Virus record (IMG/VR): IMGVR_UViG_3300037092_000017
Location: 1-43,136 of that record
Length of the DNA stretch: 43,136 bases
Origin: a virus
Taxonomy: Duplodnaviria; Caudoviricetes
Direction: 5' to 3' (one strand)
A program made the position numbers and the translations under genes. Positions within the stretch are counted from its first letter, which is position 1; every line of letters starts with the position of its first letter. The notes under the pieces are model-generated. The model worked only from the letters and a program-made list of their open reading frames with translations, was not told the origin of the DNA and ran no database searches. Shown piece by piece: positions 27,089 to 36,168 of the stretch.

Positions 27089-27292
27089 CTAGTAACTAGG
27101 CCCGTACGGCTGTCCTGGATAGCGAGGCGGCGGTGGAGGCGGTGACTTGGCCCCGAGCTCAACCGAGAGGCCGAACAGGACGAGCCCCGCACCGAGAACG
27201 ACGACACCGGCCCACGGGACGATCCAGTAGACGCCGGCGGCGACGCCGAGGATGCCGAGGGCTTGCAGGATCGTGGCGATTAGGGTACGCAA
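27089..27292 (-). CDS. Small membrane protein between terminase and portal
   Basis: TTG start after SD GGGGAG; two TM segments. Confidence 0.65.
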   Translation of the reverse strand: MRTLIATILQALGILGVAAGVYWIVPWAGVVVLGAGLVLFGLSVELGAKSPPPPPPRYPGQPYGPSY

Positions 27293-27308
27293 TTGACACT
27301 CCCCCTTC

Positions 27309-28751
27309 TCAGCCGACCATAACCCAGGCGTCCTCGTCTGCCGAGGACTTGCGGGCAAGGTCGTAGGCCATCGTCATGGCGACGATAGGGCTCACGTCGA
27401 CGCCGGAACCTCGTCGGCCCCATACCCAGGCGTCCGCGACCTGTCTGCGGGTAACTGCGGCGGCAGCCGCATCGAGCGCCGGGTCCGGGCGGATGGCAAC
27501 TCGACTGTCCATGATCGCATCGAAGACGGCGGCGCACGCGTAGGTCATCTCCTGCCCCGAGTAGGGGACGACGACGATGTACGCGGCCACCAGGTCGGCG
27601 GCGAACAGTCCGGCGGGCCCGCGGGTGTCAAGCGCTACCGACATGTTCCAGCGCTGCGCTAGTTCTATGGCCCGCGTGACAACCCAGGCGATCCCCTCAC
27701 GCGGCGGGTCACCTTGGCCGGTGTGCTCGACCAGCTCGATCTTGCCTTCACGGTCTGCGACGACGATGGAGGCGTGTGTCCGCTCCGGGTTGACGTCGAT
27801 CCCCATTGCCAGGGTGCCGTAAGGCTTCGTGTCAGGGGCGCGGACCGCGGTCCATTGAGCGGCGGGGATGACGCGCTCGTCACTGACGGTCCACTGATTG
27901 AGATAGGCGCGGCGGAACTCGCCCTCGGGCATCCCGCTCGCGTGGCGGATCACAGGTTCGCTGATTGTGCGACCAAGTGCTGGCATGCAGCCATACCAGG
28001 TCGCCGGGTCGTAGGGGTCTGCATCCGCCTCAGCCGACCACTCAAAATAGGCGATGCCCTCGGTCACCCCATTGGCGGCCGCGTCCCGTCCGGCATCGAC
28101 CTTGCGCTTCAGGTAGGCAGACTTCTCGGTGCCAGCCGTCGAGATGACAAGCAGCTGTGCTGATGGGCGTGTCGACATCGCGGGGATGATCGCCTGCTCG
28201 CGACGGCTGTCTTCGTCGTCGAATGCCTCGTCGATGATGCCGAGATCGATTATGCGGCCGTGACCTGACCCTTCAAGCGATGCGAGCACGTCAATGCGGC
28301 TGCCGTTCTTGAAGATGATGGACTCATGGCCAGCCGCTCGGTAAACGTTTTTAACCGTGGGCCAGAGTGGAGACCCGCGCAGTATGGGTTCTTGGTCGTC
28401 AAGCAACTTGCGGCGAGCCTCGACGCCGTTTTGCGCCGAATAGGCGATCCGCTGCGGTTCGGGCCAGCCAACTGCGCGCTGGACCTCGACTACCAAAGCG
28501 AGCGTCGTCTTCGCTGACTGCCGCGGCACCGTGATGATGATTTCCCTGTAAGCCGGAATCAACCGCGGACCGGGCAACAGTTCCAACCCGATCTCGGTCG
28601 CCTCCAGCCCCCACGGCATAAGCGGCACGCCGAGCAGTTCAGCTACTTCGGCGACCTTTGGCCCGAGGGTTCGGCGCCCCGGCGTCCGTTTCGTCGCCCA
28701 GCGGGGTCGACAGTCGTCCAAGGATCTGGGTGAGTTCATCGTCAGGGACAT
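27309..28751 (-). CDS. Terminase large subunit
   Basis: VPRQSAKTT (Walker A variant), IIDEAF (Walker B), ISTAG, YFEWSA, MGIDV nuclease domain. Start uncertain (28751 or 28739). Confidence 0.92.
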   Translation of the reverse strand: MSLTMNSPRSLDDCRPRWATKRTPGRRTLGPKVAEVAELLGVPLMPWGLEATEIGLELLPGPRLIPAYREIIITVPRQSAKTTLALVVEVQRAVGWPEPQRIAYSAQNGVEARRKLLDDQEPILRGSPLWPTVKNVYRAAGHESIIFKNGSRIDVLASLEGSGHGRIIDLGIIDEAFDDEDSRREQAIIPAMSTRPSAQLLVISTAGTEKSAYLKRKVDAGRDAAANGVTEGIAYFEWSAEADADPYDPATWYGCMPALGRTISEPVIRHASGMPEGEFRRAYLNQWTVSDERVIPAAQWTAVRAPDTKPYGTLAMGIDVNPERTHASIVVADREGKIELVEHTGQGDPPREGIAWVVTRAIELAQRWNMSVALDTRGPAGLFAADLVAAYIVVVPYSGQEMTYACAAVFDAIMDSRVAIRPDPALDAAAAAVTRRQVADAWVWGRRGSGVDVSPIVAMTMAYDLARKSSADEDAWVMVG

Positions 28752-29001
28752 CGGGCACCTCGCGCAGGGTTGCATCGGCCGCGCGGTACTCACGCCAAAG
28801 ACTAGCGTTGCCCGTATCGGCATCCACGGCATCGGCAAGTGCCTGAAGCGTGACGATTCGGACAGAATCTATTGGCTCAAGCCTACCAGTAGATCGCATG
28901 GCGGCGATCGTTTCCTCGGCGGCCTGGCGGTTACGGCCGTGGTCTGACTGTGCTGGCGTGACGGCAATAAAACGGCCTGCTGGTCCTCGTTGTTTGGTCA
29001 T
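28639..29001 (-). CDS. Terminase small subunit
   Basis: Helical protein, LADAVD...LWREYR; overlaps the 5' end of the large terminase. Confidence 0.65.
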   Translation of the reverse strand: MTKQRGPAGRFIAVTPAQSDHGRNRQAAEETIAAMRSTGRLEPIDSVRIVTLQALADAVDADTGNASLWREYRAADATLREVPDVPDDELTQILGRLSTPLGDETDAGAPNPRAKGRRSS

Positions 29002-29174
29002 GCTGCGACCTTCTCGTGACGCTTGGTGCGTTCTTGCCACGCCGCATAGGCGAGCCGACAGGTATTGGAGGCACAAGTCCGTCGCGACCGGCCAGACGAA
29101 GAGAATGCCCGCGCCCGACCCCGGCCCATTGGCACCGGGTTACCACATATTCGGCAGGTTGTCGGCTTAGGCAT
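28998..29174 (-). CDS. Small zinc-finger protein
   Basis: CRICG...TCASNTCR. Confidence 0.55.
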   Translation of the reverse strand: MPKPTTCRICGNPVPMGRGRARAFSSSGRSRRTCASNTCRLAYAAWQERTKRHEKVAA

Positions 29175-29332
29175 CTGATACCAGTCTAGTCGGCCGCTGT
29201 ATCGCTGACCGGGGGTTTGCCGCCCGCCGTCCGTGTTTTTGATCGGGAGAGAAAAGCCATACAGCGAAGTCATAAACGATCGCGCCAGCCCGTAAATTGT
29301 TCAAAACGTGGCCGGTTTCGCTCGCTCGCTAG

Positions 29333-29932
29333 CTACCATGCTCGACTCGGCGCGCTAGCTGTCGACTCACCCCGCTCAGCATACCACCGCTCAGCTAGCC
29401 CGCGCATCGCAGGATCGCAGGCATCGATGCCGGGGTCCACGACGTGCACCTGGTGGTAGGGGAACAGATCCTCGGCCTTCGGATTTGAGGAGGTGATCCA
29501 GACGGCGGGAACTCCCAGCTGCCCCCCCCTTATTTTCTGGAGCAAAATATTCCTGGCCGCGTTCACTGCCTCGTGGTTCCCACCCACACTGTGGGCGATG
29601 GTCTCGTAGTCCACGACAAGGTCGCCGGGTCTCGCCTTGTCTGCGACCCAGGCACCTAGACCGGCACCGGGTGGACCGACGACCAGGTGCACGTTGGTCG
29701 GTGCCAGTCGCCAGGTCTCGCCGCGTCCGACCAAGCGACCGGCATTGCAGTGATGGCAAGCGGCGCGGAGATTCGCCCAGTCATACCACGATCCGCCAAG
29801 ACTCGGTGGCACGATGTGGTCGACATCGGTCGCTTGACCTTGGCAACCCTTCGCACGGATCTGGCACACGTACCCGTCACGCGCAAGGATCTTCTTGCGA
29901 ACGGTTTGCCACTTGCCGCCGTACTTAGACAC
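29333..29932 (-). CDS. HNH endonuclease fused to a degenerate P-loop domain
   Basis: RDGYVCQI..GC...VDHIVP...NLRAACHHCN; then VVGPPGAGLG, which lacks the Walker A Lys. Confidence 0.85.
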   Translation of the reverse strand: MSKYGGKWQTVRKKILARDGYVCQIRAKGCQGQATDVDHIVPPSLGGSWYDWANLRAACHHCNAGRLVGRGETWRLAPTNVHLVVGPPGAGLGAWVADKARPGDLVVDYETIAHSVGGNHEAVNAARNILLQKIRGGQLGVPAVWITSSNPKAEDLFPYHQVHVVDPGIDACDPAMRGLAERWYAERGESTASAPSRAW

Positions 29933-30464
29933 AGCCGTGTGAAACCCCCTGGTGTAGGTGACCAAGCACCGTGGGGTGATAGCAACGAGTCACAGTTTCC
30001 TGGTGCTCACCCCACGGATGCCGGGTGTCCGGCACTGTGACATGGCAACGCGGCAGCACGGTTTGCAGGTGAGCATCGAGCGTGCACCAGTGCTTCGGTG
30101 GATGACCAGCGTTCGCCATCTGAGCCACGTCGTGCATCACATTGGGATTGTCTCTGAGCAACTCGGCGCGGAATCGTACGCAGCCCATGCCGTAGTAACC
30201 AGCGTCGCCGCCACACACATAGCGATGTGGGAACGCGCACCAGACGCGCGGGCAGTCGTCGAACTCATCGAACACTGATGGGTGAACGACGACGTCGTGC
30301 TCAATTACAGCGAACGACCTCCCCGCACTCCAGAGGTCTGACAGAACTTGCCAGTATGCCGAGTCTGAGCCTGACACGTCGACCAGCTCGTACTCGCGCC
30401 CTGTGGCGTTGAGAGCGACGGTTACTGCTCGCTCAAGGTGAGTGAACGGGACGACGATTCTCAT
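29925..30464 (-). CDS. Small glycosyltransferase-like protein
   Basis: IVVPFT...VIEHDVVV...GMGCVRF...LD, a GT-A-like pattern. Confidence 0.55.
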   Translation of the reverse strand: MRIVVPFTHLERAVTVALNATGREYELVDVSGSDSAYWQVLSDLWSAGRSFAVIEHDVVVHPSVFDEFDDCPRVWCAFPHRYVCGGDAGYYGMGCVRFRAELLRDNPNVMHDVAQMANAGHPPKHWCTLDAHLQTVLPRCHVTVPDTRHPWGEHQETVTRCYHPTVLGHLHQGVSHGCV

Positions 30465-30684
30465 CGCCAGACCTGAACCCTCCCATCCACTCCGTCATGT
30501 ACGGTGATTCGGCGCTGTGAAGCTGCTTGCCACCGTTGGGTTCCGAGGCGAGCTCGGCGACGAGATACCAGTCGCCAACGATCGGCGTGCCGGCGACCTC
30601 GCGCATGTACTCCACGATCGCCGCGTCGAGCTTGTTGACGGGCGTGTCGTCCTGGGCGGCTTCTACCAGTGTGGGCGGGTTCAT
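30433..30684 (-). CDS. Hypothetical protein
   Basis: MNPPTLVEAAQ...; acidic composition. Confidence 0.5.
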   Translation of the reverse strand: MNPPTLVEAAQDDTPVNKLDAAIVEYMREVAGTPIVGDWYLVAELASEPNGGKQLHSAESPYMTEWMGGFRSGDENRRPVHSP

Positions 30685-30691
30685 GCGTCCC

Positions 30692-30883
30692 CTAGTCATT
30701 CCACAGGTGCGGTAACGCGACGTCGATCGTGTCAAGAGCCTTAGCGAGGTCATCGATCACGTCCGACAGGTACGATGCGCGATTGCCGTCCATTTCGGCG
30801 TGCATCTTCATCAGGAGGCTCAGGCTTCGGTCGCACTCGTCTCGCACTTCGGTGAGGACGGTGTTGACGGAGGTTTCCAGCAT
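30692..30883 (-). CDS. Hypothetical protein
   Basis: SD AGGGGG; first gene after the promoter. Confidence 0.6.
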   Translation of the reverse strand: MLETSVNTVLTEVRDECDRSLSLLMKMHAEMDGNRASYLSDVIDDLAKALDTIDVALPHLWND

Positions 30884-31026
30884 GATCCCCCTGTTCGATC
30901 AAGCGCCAGGAGTGAGCCAGGTCACCGGATGCCGAACCCGTGCCGGCCGTGTGTGGGCGAGATGAGGCGCGGACCCTTGGCGCGAAGTAGCCGCCTCGTG
31001 TGAACACAAGACGGCTAACTATCACG

Positions 31027-31056
31027 ACAGTACCACACGCGTGTAGTTCGTGTCAA
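31027..31056 (-). promoter_or_regulatory. Sigma70/SigA-type promoter, probably for the late operon
   Basis: TTGACA-18 nt-TACTGT with TG extension. Confidence 0.6.
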
Positions 31057-31562
31057 GCATGCTGGAGTTTTTGTCCCCGTCGCTTAGCCGCGCCGAGCGC
31101 CCGCTTATAGCACGAGTCACACTTGGCGTCGGCAACAACCCAGCCGCGTGGGTTCTTGCCGTAGCGCGTCGCAATTTGCTTCGCGATGCCGCAACTCTGG
31201 CACTGCTCGCGGCTGGGATCGGGCGGCGCTTCTGGAATCGCCTTGTACATTGTCTGGACTGCCTCGCGAAGGCGTTTCACTGCGTCGTCGACGCGGGTGA
31301 GCATGTAATTCACGTGTATCGCGGCTTCGTCTCGAACACCAGTGCCCATCGCCCGTGACACGGCCGCCAACCCCGTTGGATCGCCGACGCGACCGGATGC
31401 AACCGACGATTCGGGCAGCGACGAGCGCGGATAGCCATCGTCGCCAGCGGCTAAGCCCTTCGTGCGCGTAATCGCCTCAGATCCGTGCTTGCGAAGCTCG
31501 CCGACGTTCCACTCGATCTCATCAAGACAGGAATCCCACTGCCGCTCATTCGGACGGTTCAT
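31053..31562 (-). CDS. Hypothetical protein with C-terminal zinc finger (possible late regulator)
   Basis: GDPTG motif, CQSC...CDSCY; last early gene before the promoter. Confidence 0.65.
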   Translation of the reverse strand: MNRPNERQWDSCLDEIEWNVGELRKHGSEAITRTKGLAAGDDGYPRSSLPESSVASGRVGDPTGLAAVSRAMGTGVRDEAAIHVNYMLTRVDDAVKRLREAVQTMYKAIPEAPPDPSREQCQSCGIAKQIATRYGKNPRGWVVADAKCDSCYKRALGAAKRRGQKLQHA

Positions 31563-31767
31563 AATGGCCTTTCTCCCAATGCACTTTGTACTCCTGCACT
31601 TTGTACTCCTCCTGCGTCGCCGGCACGCATGCCTCGCCACACGCGCCACACCTGCCGCCGCGCGCCACAACGTAGAACGGCAGCGTCTTGTGAACCCGGC
31701 AGGCGCAGCGGAGGTAACGGAAGTCACGTCGGGCGATTGCGGCGCGGACGTCGGCTTCGTAGGTCAT
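31546..31767 (-). CDS. Small Cys-rich protein
   Basis: CAC...CGACG; 15-bp tandem duplication at 31580-31609. Confidence 0.5.
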   Translation of the reverse strand: MTYEADVRAAIARRDFRYLRCACRVHKTLPFYVVARGGRCGACGEACVPATQEEYKVQEYKVHWEKGHYEPSE

Positions 31768-32771
31768 GACGCCTCATCAAAGAGCGACGCTTGTGTGACT
31801 AAGCACGCTGGCGAACACCAGAGCACCTCGCCGTGTCGGTTGTCCTTGTTGCCGCCACTACTTGTGCTCGTCTGGTAGGCGGCAGACGCCGACCAGCGGA
31901 TGCGACGCCAAGACTTCGGGATCGCGTCGTCGTGCTCTGTGGAGTAGCCCGCCAGCACGATTCGATAGCGCTGGTTGTCGCCGTTAGTTATCGCCCAGTC
32001 CCTGCAAGCGATGGCGACATCGACCGTCTCGCTCGCATACAGACCAGCGGTTCGCACATCCTCTGCGTAAGGCGGGTCGAGGAACACTCCAACCGACGCC
32101 CCGAAGCTCAGCGCGCCTTTCGTGACGACCCGTGACCAGTCACCCGTGCAAACCCTGACGTCGCGCAACCTCTCGGCGAGTTGGCTCATGTAGGCGGCAA
32201 TACCCGCGCTGCGGTAGCTCAGGTTGTTATAGCCAGCCCGACCCGCGTTGCCGAGGTGAGGGAGCTGGCTCGTATCGTCTTCGTCCGCTGCTGAGGTGAG
32301 GGAGCTGGCGGTTGACGCCCTGGCCCGCGTTGCCTCGTAATCCCACGGGCCGGTGCCCGAGCACCAGCCGCTACCGATCCAGGCATTGACACCCCAGACC
32401 CACCAGCCGGCAATCTTGGCGTCATAGAACATCGGGTCCAGTTCGAGTCCCTGTGCCAACGTCGCTCGCCCCTCGTTCACGAGCCACAGGTGGCGGGCGA
32501 ACAGGTCGTCCTCGTTCACCGGCCAGTCCGCGTATGCAGCCACAATCTCAGGATCGGACGCTAAGGCTCGCCAGAAGTTCGCCAAGTAGTGATCCGCGTC
32601 ATTTACCGTCTCGGCGCGACACGAGCCGTCTGCGAGGTGGTGAGGACGTTCCAAGAGGACGGCGAGAGAGCCAGCGAACGGCTCGACGTAGTTGTCCACA
32701 TCGCCGAGTGCCTCCCAGACTTGCGGCGCTACCTTGCGCTTGCCTCCGAACCAGACAAAAGGGGCCTTCAC
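31764..32771 (-). CDS. DNA adenine methyltransferase (Dam/D12 class)
   Basis: PFVWFGGK, YVEPFAGS, VND, FLDPPY. Confidence 0.9.
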   Translation of the reverse strand: MKAPFVWFGGKRKVAPQVWEALGDVDNYVEPFAGSLAVLLERPHHLADGSCRAETVNDADHYLANFWRALASDPEIVAAYADWPVNEDDLFARHLWLVNEGRATLAQGLELDPMFYDAKIAGWWVWGVNAWIGSGWCSGTGPWDYEATRARASTASSLTSAADEDDTSQLPHLGNAGRAGYNNLSYRSAGIAAYMSQLAERLRDVRVCTGDWSRVVTKGALSFGASVGVFLDPPYAEDVRTAGLYASETVDVAIACRDWAITNGDNQRYRIVLAGYSTEHDDAIPKSWRRIRWSASAAYQTSTSSGGNKDNRHGEVLWCSPACLVTQASLFDEAS

Positions 32772-33556
32772 GCTTTCGTCGCTCTCACACTCGCCTTGAG
32801 TGCTTCCATCGCGGCCTTTCCTGCCTCGCTCGGCGCGCCTTGCATCTCGGGCATCGGTGTCTCGGGGATGCGCGCTCCTTCGGCTCGCGGTGGCTTCGGT
32901 GGCGGCTCGAGCCAGTCGGCGAGCTGGGTTGGCGTCATACCGCCGGGTGCTAGTGCTGCGGCCTCGGCGTGGTCTCCCATAAGTCCTGCCCTTGCTCCTG
33001 CAAGCCAGCCTTCGGGGTTGCGGATCGTCTTTGTCGAACGGTTCAGCCTGCGCTGCGCGAGGATTTCCACGGCCTGCTCAAAGTTGTCGCCTTCGCTGCT
33101 GCTTTTAACTCTGTTCTCTGACTCTGTTCTCTGGGGAGTTGCTAACCCGTCACTACGTCCGTCACAGTGACGGCGTTGTGACGGCGAGAAGTCGTCACTA
33201 CCTCCCGCCTTGGCGCGGTATTTCCTTGTTCGTTCCATCGACTCGTCGGACTCGAACTGCCGCTCTTTCCATCGCGCCACAACTAGCACTCCTCCCTGGT
33301 CAGCGAGCATTTTTTCCTCGACGAAGTAGTCAAGTGCAGAGCGCACCGTCTTGACAGGTAGTGCGGCCAAGTCAGCTATCTCGCAGGGTGTAGCAGGGTG
33401 TGATCCGATCGTCAGTTCGCCGCGCTCTTCGGCCTCACCTGCGATGCACAAAAGTGCGGTCCAACACCATCGTTCGGCAGGCGGACGGCAGCGAATCTTG
33501 CCGTCCCCGAGCGTCTCGCTGTAGAAGCGGAACCAAGGGCGCGGAACTCGCGGCAT
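32768..33556 (-). CDS. Replication initiator (replisome organiser-like)
   Basis: WFRFYSE..GDGKI...WKERQ...ERTRKYR N-terminal pattern; internal short repeats. Confidence 0.7.
   Translation of the reverse strand: MPRVPRPWFRFYSETLGDGKIRCRPPAERWCWTALLCIAGEAEERGELTIGSHPATPCEIADLAALPVKTVRSALDYFVEEKMLADQGGVLVVARWKERQFESDESMERTRKYRAKAGGSDDFSPSQRRHCDGRSDGLATPQRTESENRVKSSSEGDNFEQAVEILAQRRLNRSTKTIRNPEGWLAGARAGLMGDHAEAAALAPGGMTPTQLADWLEPPPKPPRAEGARIPETPMPEMQGAPSEAGKAAMEALKASVRATKA
33108..33200. repeat. Iteron-like cluster, candidate origin
   Basis: Five (c)gtcac/gtgacg units at 33148-33198 plus actctgttctctg x2 at 33108-33133. Confidence 0.5.
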
Positions 33557-34101
33557 CAGATAGCCCGTTCCCTTCTCGCCTTCCGCACCGCAGCCGTCAA
33601 CGCGTGGGCACGTTGGCACGGCACGCAGATGGCCGTGCCGGCACGCCGGTGGCGCTGGTAGCCGGCACTGGTCCCGTGCCGGGTCTCAATCAGGAACATG
33701 CTGCCGGGCACCACCAGCCTGATACCGCGCCGCGCCCGCATCCTTTCGCGCGCATCCGCGCTCTCACCTCCCCACACGCCGAACTTTTCGTGGCGCAGCC
33801 CCCAGTCGAGGCACTCGCGCCGCACGGGGCATTGGGCGCATATCACCTTCGCCGGCCTCGCATCCTCGCCGCGCCCGATGAAGAACACGTCAGTGTCACA
33901 ACCGTGACATGCAGCTTGCGCCCGCCAATCGGTGAGATTCTGTTTCGTCGCCGTGGCCGCTACCGTTTCGCGAGGTTCCCGGCTCGGCTTGCTCGCGGGA
34001 ACCTGGGCCCGCAGCCATTCCTCGCGCGTCAGGGTGCTCTCGGGCTCAGCACCGTTCGCCTCGTCGTTGTTCTGCAGCGTCTGGGTCAGGGTGAAAGTCA
34101 C
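33556..34101 (-). CDS. whiB: WhiB family transcription factor
   Basis: WRAQAAC...AKVICAQCPVRRECL...GVWGG, plus a C-terminal HGTSAGYQRH...CVPC module. Confidence 0.92.
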   Translation of the reverse strand: MTFTLTQTLQNNDEANGAEPESTLTREEWLRAQVPASKPSREPRETVAATATKQNLTDWRAQAACHGCDTDVFFIGRGEDARPAKVICAQCPVRRECLDWGLRHEKFGVWGGESADARERMRARRGIRLVVPGSMFLIETRHGTSAGYQRHRRAGTAICVPCQRAHALTAAVRKARRERAI

Positions 34102-34391
34102 GACGCCTCCCCCATGACATCATCCATCAGCCACGCCATGGCGGCCTTACGCGTCCCCGCGGTCTTCCACATCTCCCGATGCTTACGAGCTTCTTCGGCG
34201 CGCCAACGGGGCTTGAATGGCCGCTGCAATAGCTCACCGTCGTTCCACACGTCGCCGCAGTGGCAGCAATGCCAGTAGTCGCCATACCACACCTCTACGC
34301 GGACAACGAAGCGCCGCCGACACTTACATGTCGGGCACCTCTTGACGGCGCGGAACAGTGGGCCGCGCGGGCCGCAGATGATGAGTGTCAT
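34098..34391 (-). CDS. Zinc-ribbon protein
   Basis: CPTC...CCHCGD. Confidence 0.7.
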   Translation of the reverse strand: MTLIICGPRGPLFRAVKRCPTCKCRRRFVVRVEVWYGDYWHCCHCGDVWNDGELLQRPFKPRWRAEEARKHREMWKTAGTRKAAMAWLMDDVMGEAS

Positions 34392-34669
34392 GACGCCTGC
34401 ACCACGTCAAGAGCTCTGATCGCGGCATATTGCGGACAGTCGTCGGCGTGGCACGGCGGGGCGTGGTTGCAGAACCGGCACAGGTCGTTTTCGAGCACAG
34501 CGAGCACATCCATAGATGCCTCGTAGAACGCCCGCAGACGCTTCACCTCCCCGATCAGCGGCGGCACATCCAGCGAGTAGGCGATAGCCGCCGTGAGACT
34601 CTGCGCGCTGGCATTCTCCATGTCGCAGATGGCGTCGTAGCAGCGGATGATTCTGGCGAGGTCAATCAC
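34388..34669 (-). CDS. Hypothetical protein
   Basis: DVPPLIGEVKRLR; CRFC...HADDCP. Confidence 0.65.
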   Translation of the reverse strand: MIDLARIIRCYDAICDMENASAQSLTAAIAYSLDVPPLIGEVKRLRAFYEASMDVLAVLENDLCRFCNHAPPCHADDCPQYAAIRALDVVQAS

Positions 34670-34920
34670 GACGCCTCCAATAATACCACTGGCGGCTCAG
34701 GTTCCTCCGTGCGCTCCTCAATGAGGGCGATGACCCTGGACGCCATGAACCTAGCTGTGTGGCACACGTTCCCGTTCTTGTCCATCTCACTCACCTCGAT
34801 CATTGCCCGCGCCGACTTCACCTCGACGGTGCGGCCATTACGGGATGCCGTCACGGTGAACTCACGTGCCTCTGTTGCACCGGTGTCGACGTAGACAACG
34901 ACTTTGTCTCCCCTGGCCAT
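34666..34920 (-). CDS. Hypothetical protein
   Basis: SD AAGGAGG; TAATG coupling. Confidence 0.7.
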   Translation of the reverse strand: MARGDKVVVYVDTGATEAREFTVTASRNGRTVEVKSARAMIEVSEMDKNGNVCHTARFMASRVIALIEERTEEPEPPVVLLEAS

Positions 34921-35171
34921 TACGCCTCCTTGTCCAATATGTTCCCCATGGAATGCCGCCCGTTGCACCCAGCCATTGAATGTCTCTGTGCGGGCGCCCA
35001 TTGCGTGAACACGACGCCGCAACCGGCGCAACGCCAGCGGCTCGTCCCGTGATTAGCGATACGCAACGCGCGCGATGGGGCGTTCGCAACACCCGCGGCC
35101 AGTTCCTCCGCGTGGGCGACAACCCTGGCGCGCACCTTTGGCGGGAGGTCATTGAGGCTTACTCCGGGCAT
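34920..35171 (-). CDS. Small zinc-finger protein
   Basis: WRCAGCG...AQRH; SD GGAGG. Confidence 0.6.
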   Translation of the reverse strand: MPGVSLNDLPPKVRARVVAHAEELAAGVANAPSRALRIANHGTSRWRCAGCGVVFTQWAPAQRHSMAGCNGRHSMGNILDKEA

Positions 35172-35389
35172 GTCAGCGCCTCCAGTGCCGCGGTGGAGCG
35201 ATAGAGCCGGCACCTGGTGCACCCGCACCCGTCGTCAGGCTCGAACTCGCCGAAGTTCCGGTGTGCATACGCGGCTTCGGCCACGTCCACCAGCGCGTCG
35301 AAGCGCTCACGGCCGAGCGTGACCACTCCCGTGGTGCAACCGAAGATGCCGGCCTTGGCCTCGGCGCGGATCTGGTCAATGGTGGTCAC
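35159..35389 (-). CDS. Hypothetical protein
   Basis: GTGA-coupled start; ALVDVAEAA. Confidence 0.55.
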   Translation of the reverse strand: MTTIDQIRAEAKAGIFGCTTGVVTLGRERFDALVDVAEAAYAHRNFGEFEPDDGCGCTRCRLYRSTAALEALTCPE

Positions 35390-35649
35390 GACGTCTCCAG
35401 TGCATCGACGACAGCACAGAACCGCTCCCATTCGTCGCGGTCGGGCTGGATGTAGACGTACCGCAGCCGTCCGTCTATGTCGTCGGCCTGGTTGTCGCGG
35501 ATCTCTTTCGCCACTACCGCCACGCGCCTCAGCGCCGTCACCTGCGCGGCGAGTGCAGAGTTAGCGGCGACGGCCTCCCTGAGTGCCCGCTCGACCACCG
35601 TGCGGCGCTGGGCCTTGTCGGGTCGGGTGGTCTCAGTTGGAGGCATCAC
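35386..35649 (-). CDS. Hypothetical protein
   Basis: Coupled ORF, coiled-coil-like. Confidence 0.6.
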   Translation of the reverse strand: MMPPTETTRPDKAQRRTVVERALREAVAANSALAAQVTALRRVAVVAKEIRDNQADDIDGRLRYVYIQPDRDEWERFCAVVDALETS

Positions 35650-35849
35650 GCGCGGCCCTTCTCAAGTTCATGCAAGCGCGCTGTGGCGTCGTACAGGTTG
35701 CCTCGGACTGTCGCCAGTTCTTCGTAGCGTCGATCGGGGCCTTCGTTGACCCCAATGTTCGCACCAAAGCGCGGCGTCGGTGCGAGGATACGCCAGGTGC
35801 CGTAGCCGGCTTGGAGTAGCACGAGCGGCGCCGGGTCACGGGCCATCAT
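35646..35849 (-). CDS. Hypothetical protein
   Basis: SD GGGGAGG before MMARDP. Confidence 0.55.
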   Translation of the reverse strand: MMARDPAPLVLLQAGYGTWRILAPTPRFGANIGVNEGPDRRYEELATVRGNLYDATARLHELEKGRA

Positions 35850-35856
35850 GCCTCCC

Positions 35857-36156
35857 CTACACGGCTCGGTAGGCAGCTGGGAAACAACCTGCGGCTTTGA
35901 GTGCCTGTTGTGCCCATTCGCAATCTTCGGCATAGAGAGCGGCGAGTGGAAACCCCGTATTGGCTACAGCTAGGCCGTCAGCGAACACAAGCACTTCCCT
36001 GGCAGCACGTAGCTCGGCAACGAGGGCCGGGACAGCATCAAGCGTCAGTTTGATGTCGCAGGTGTAGTTGGGGGCGCACAAACACTCAAACACCCAGGCT
36101 TCGTGGTCCTCAAGCGCACCTGCTGTCTGTGCTTCGATGGCGTCTAGGTCAAGCAT
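35857..36156 (-). CDS. Ead/Ea22-like protein
   Basis: LDLDAIEA...AVPALVAELRAAR; SD AAGGAGG. Confidence 0.6.
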   Translation of the reverse strand: MLDLDAIEAQTAGALEDHEAWVFECLCAPNYTCDIKLTLDAVPALVAELRAAREVLVFADGLAVANTGFPLAALYAEDCEWAQQALKAAGCFPAAYRAV

Positions 36157-36168
36157 CGGTCGCCTCCT

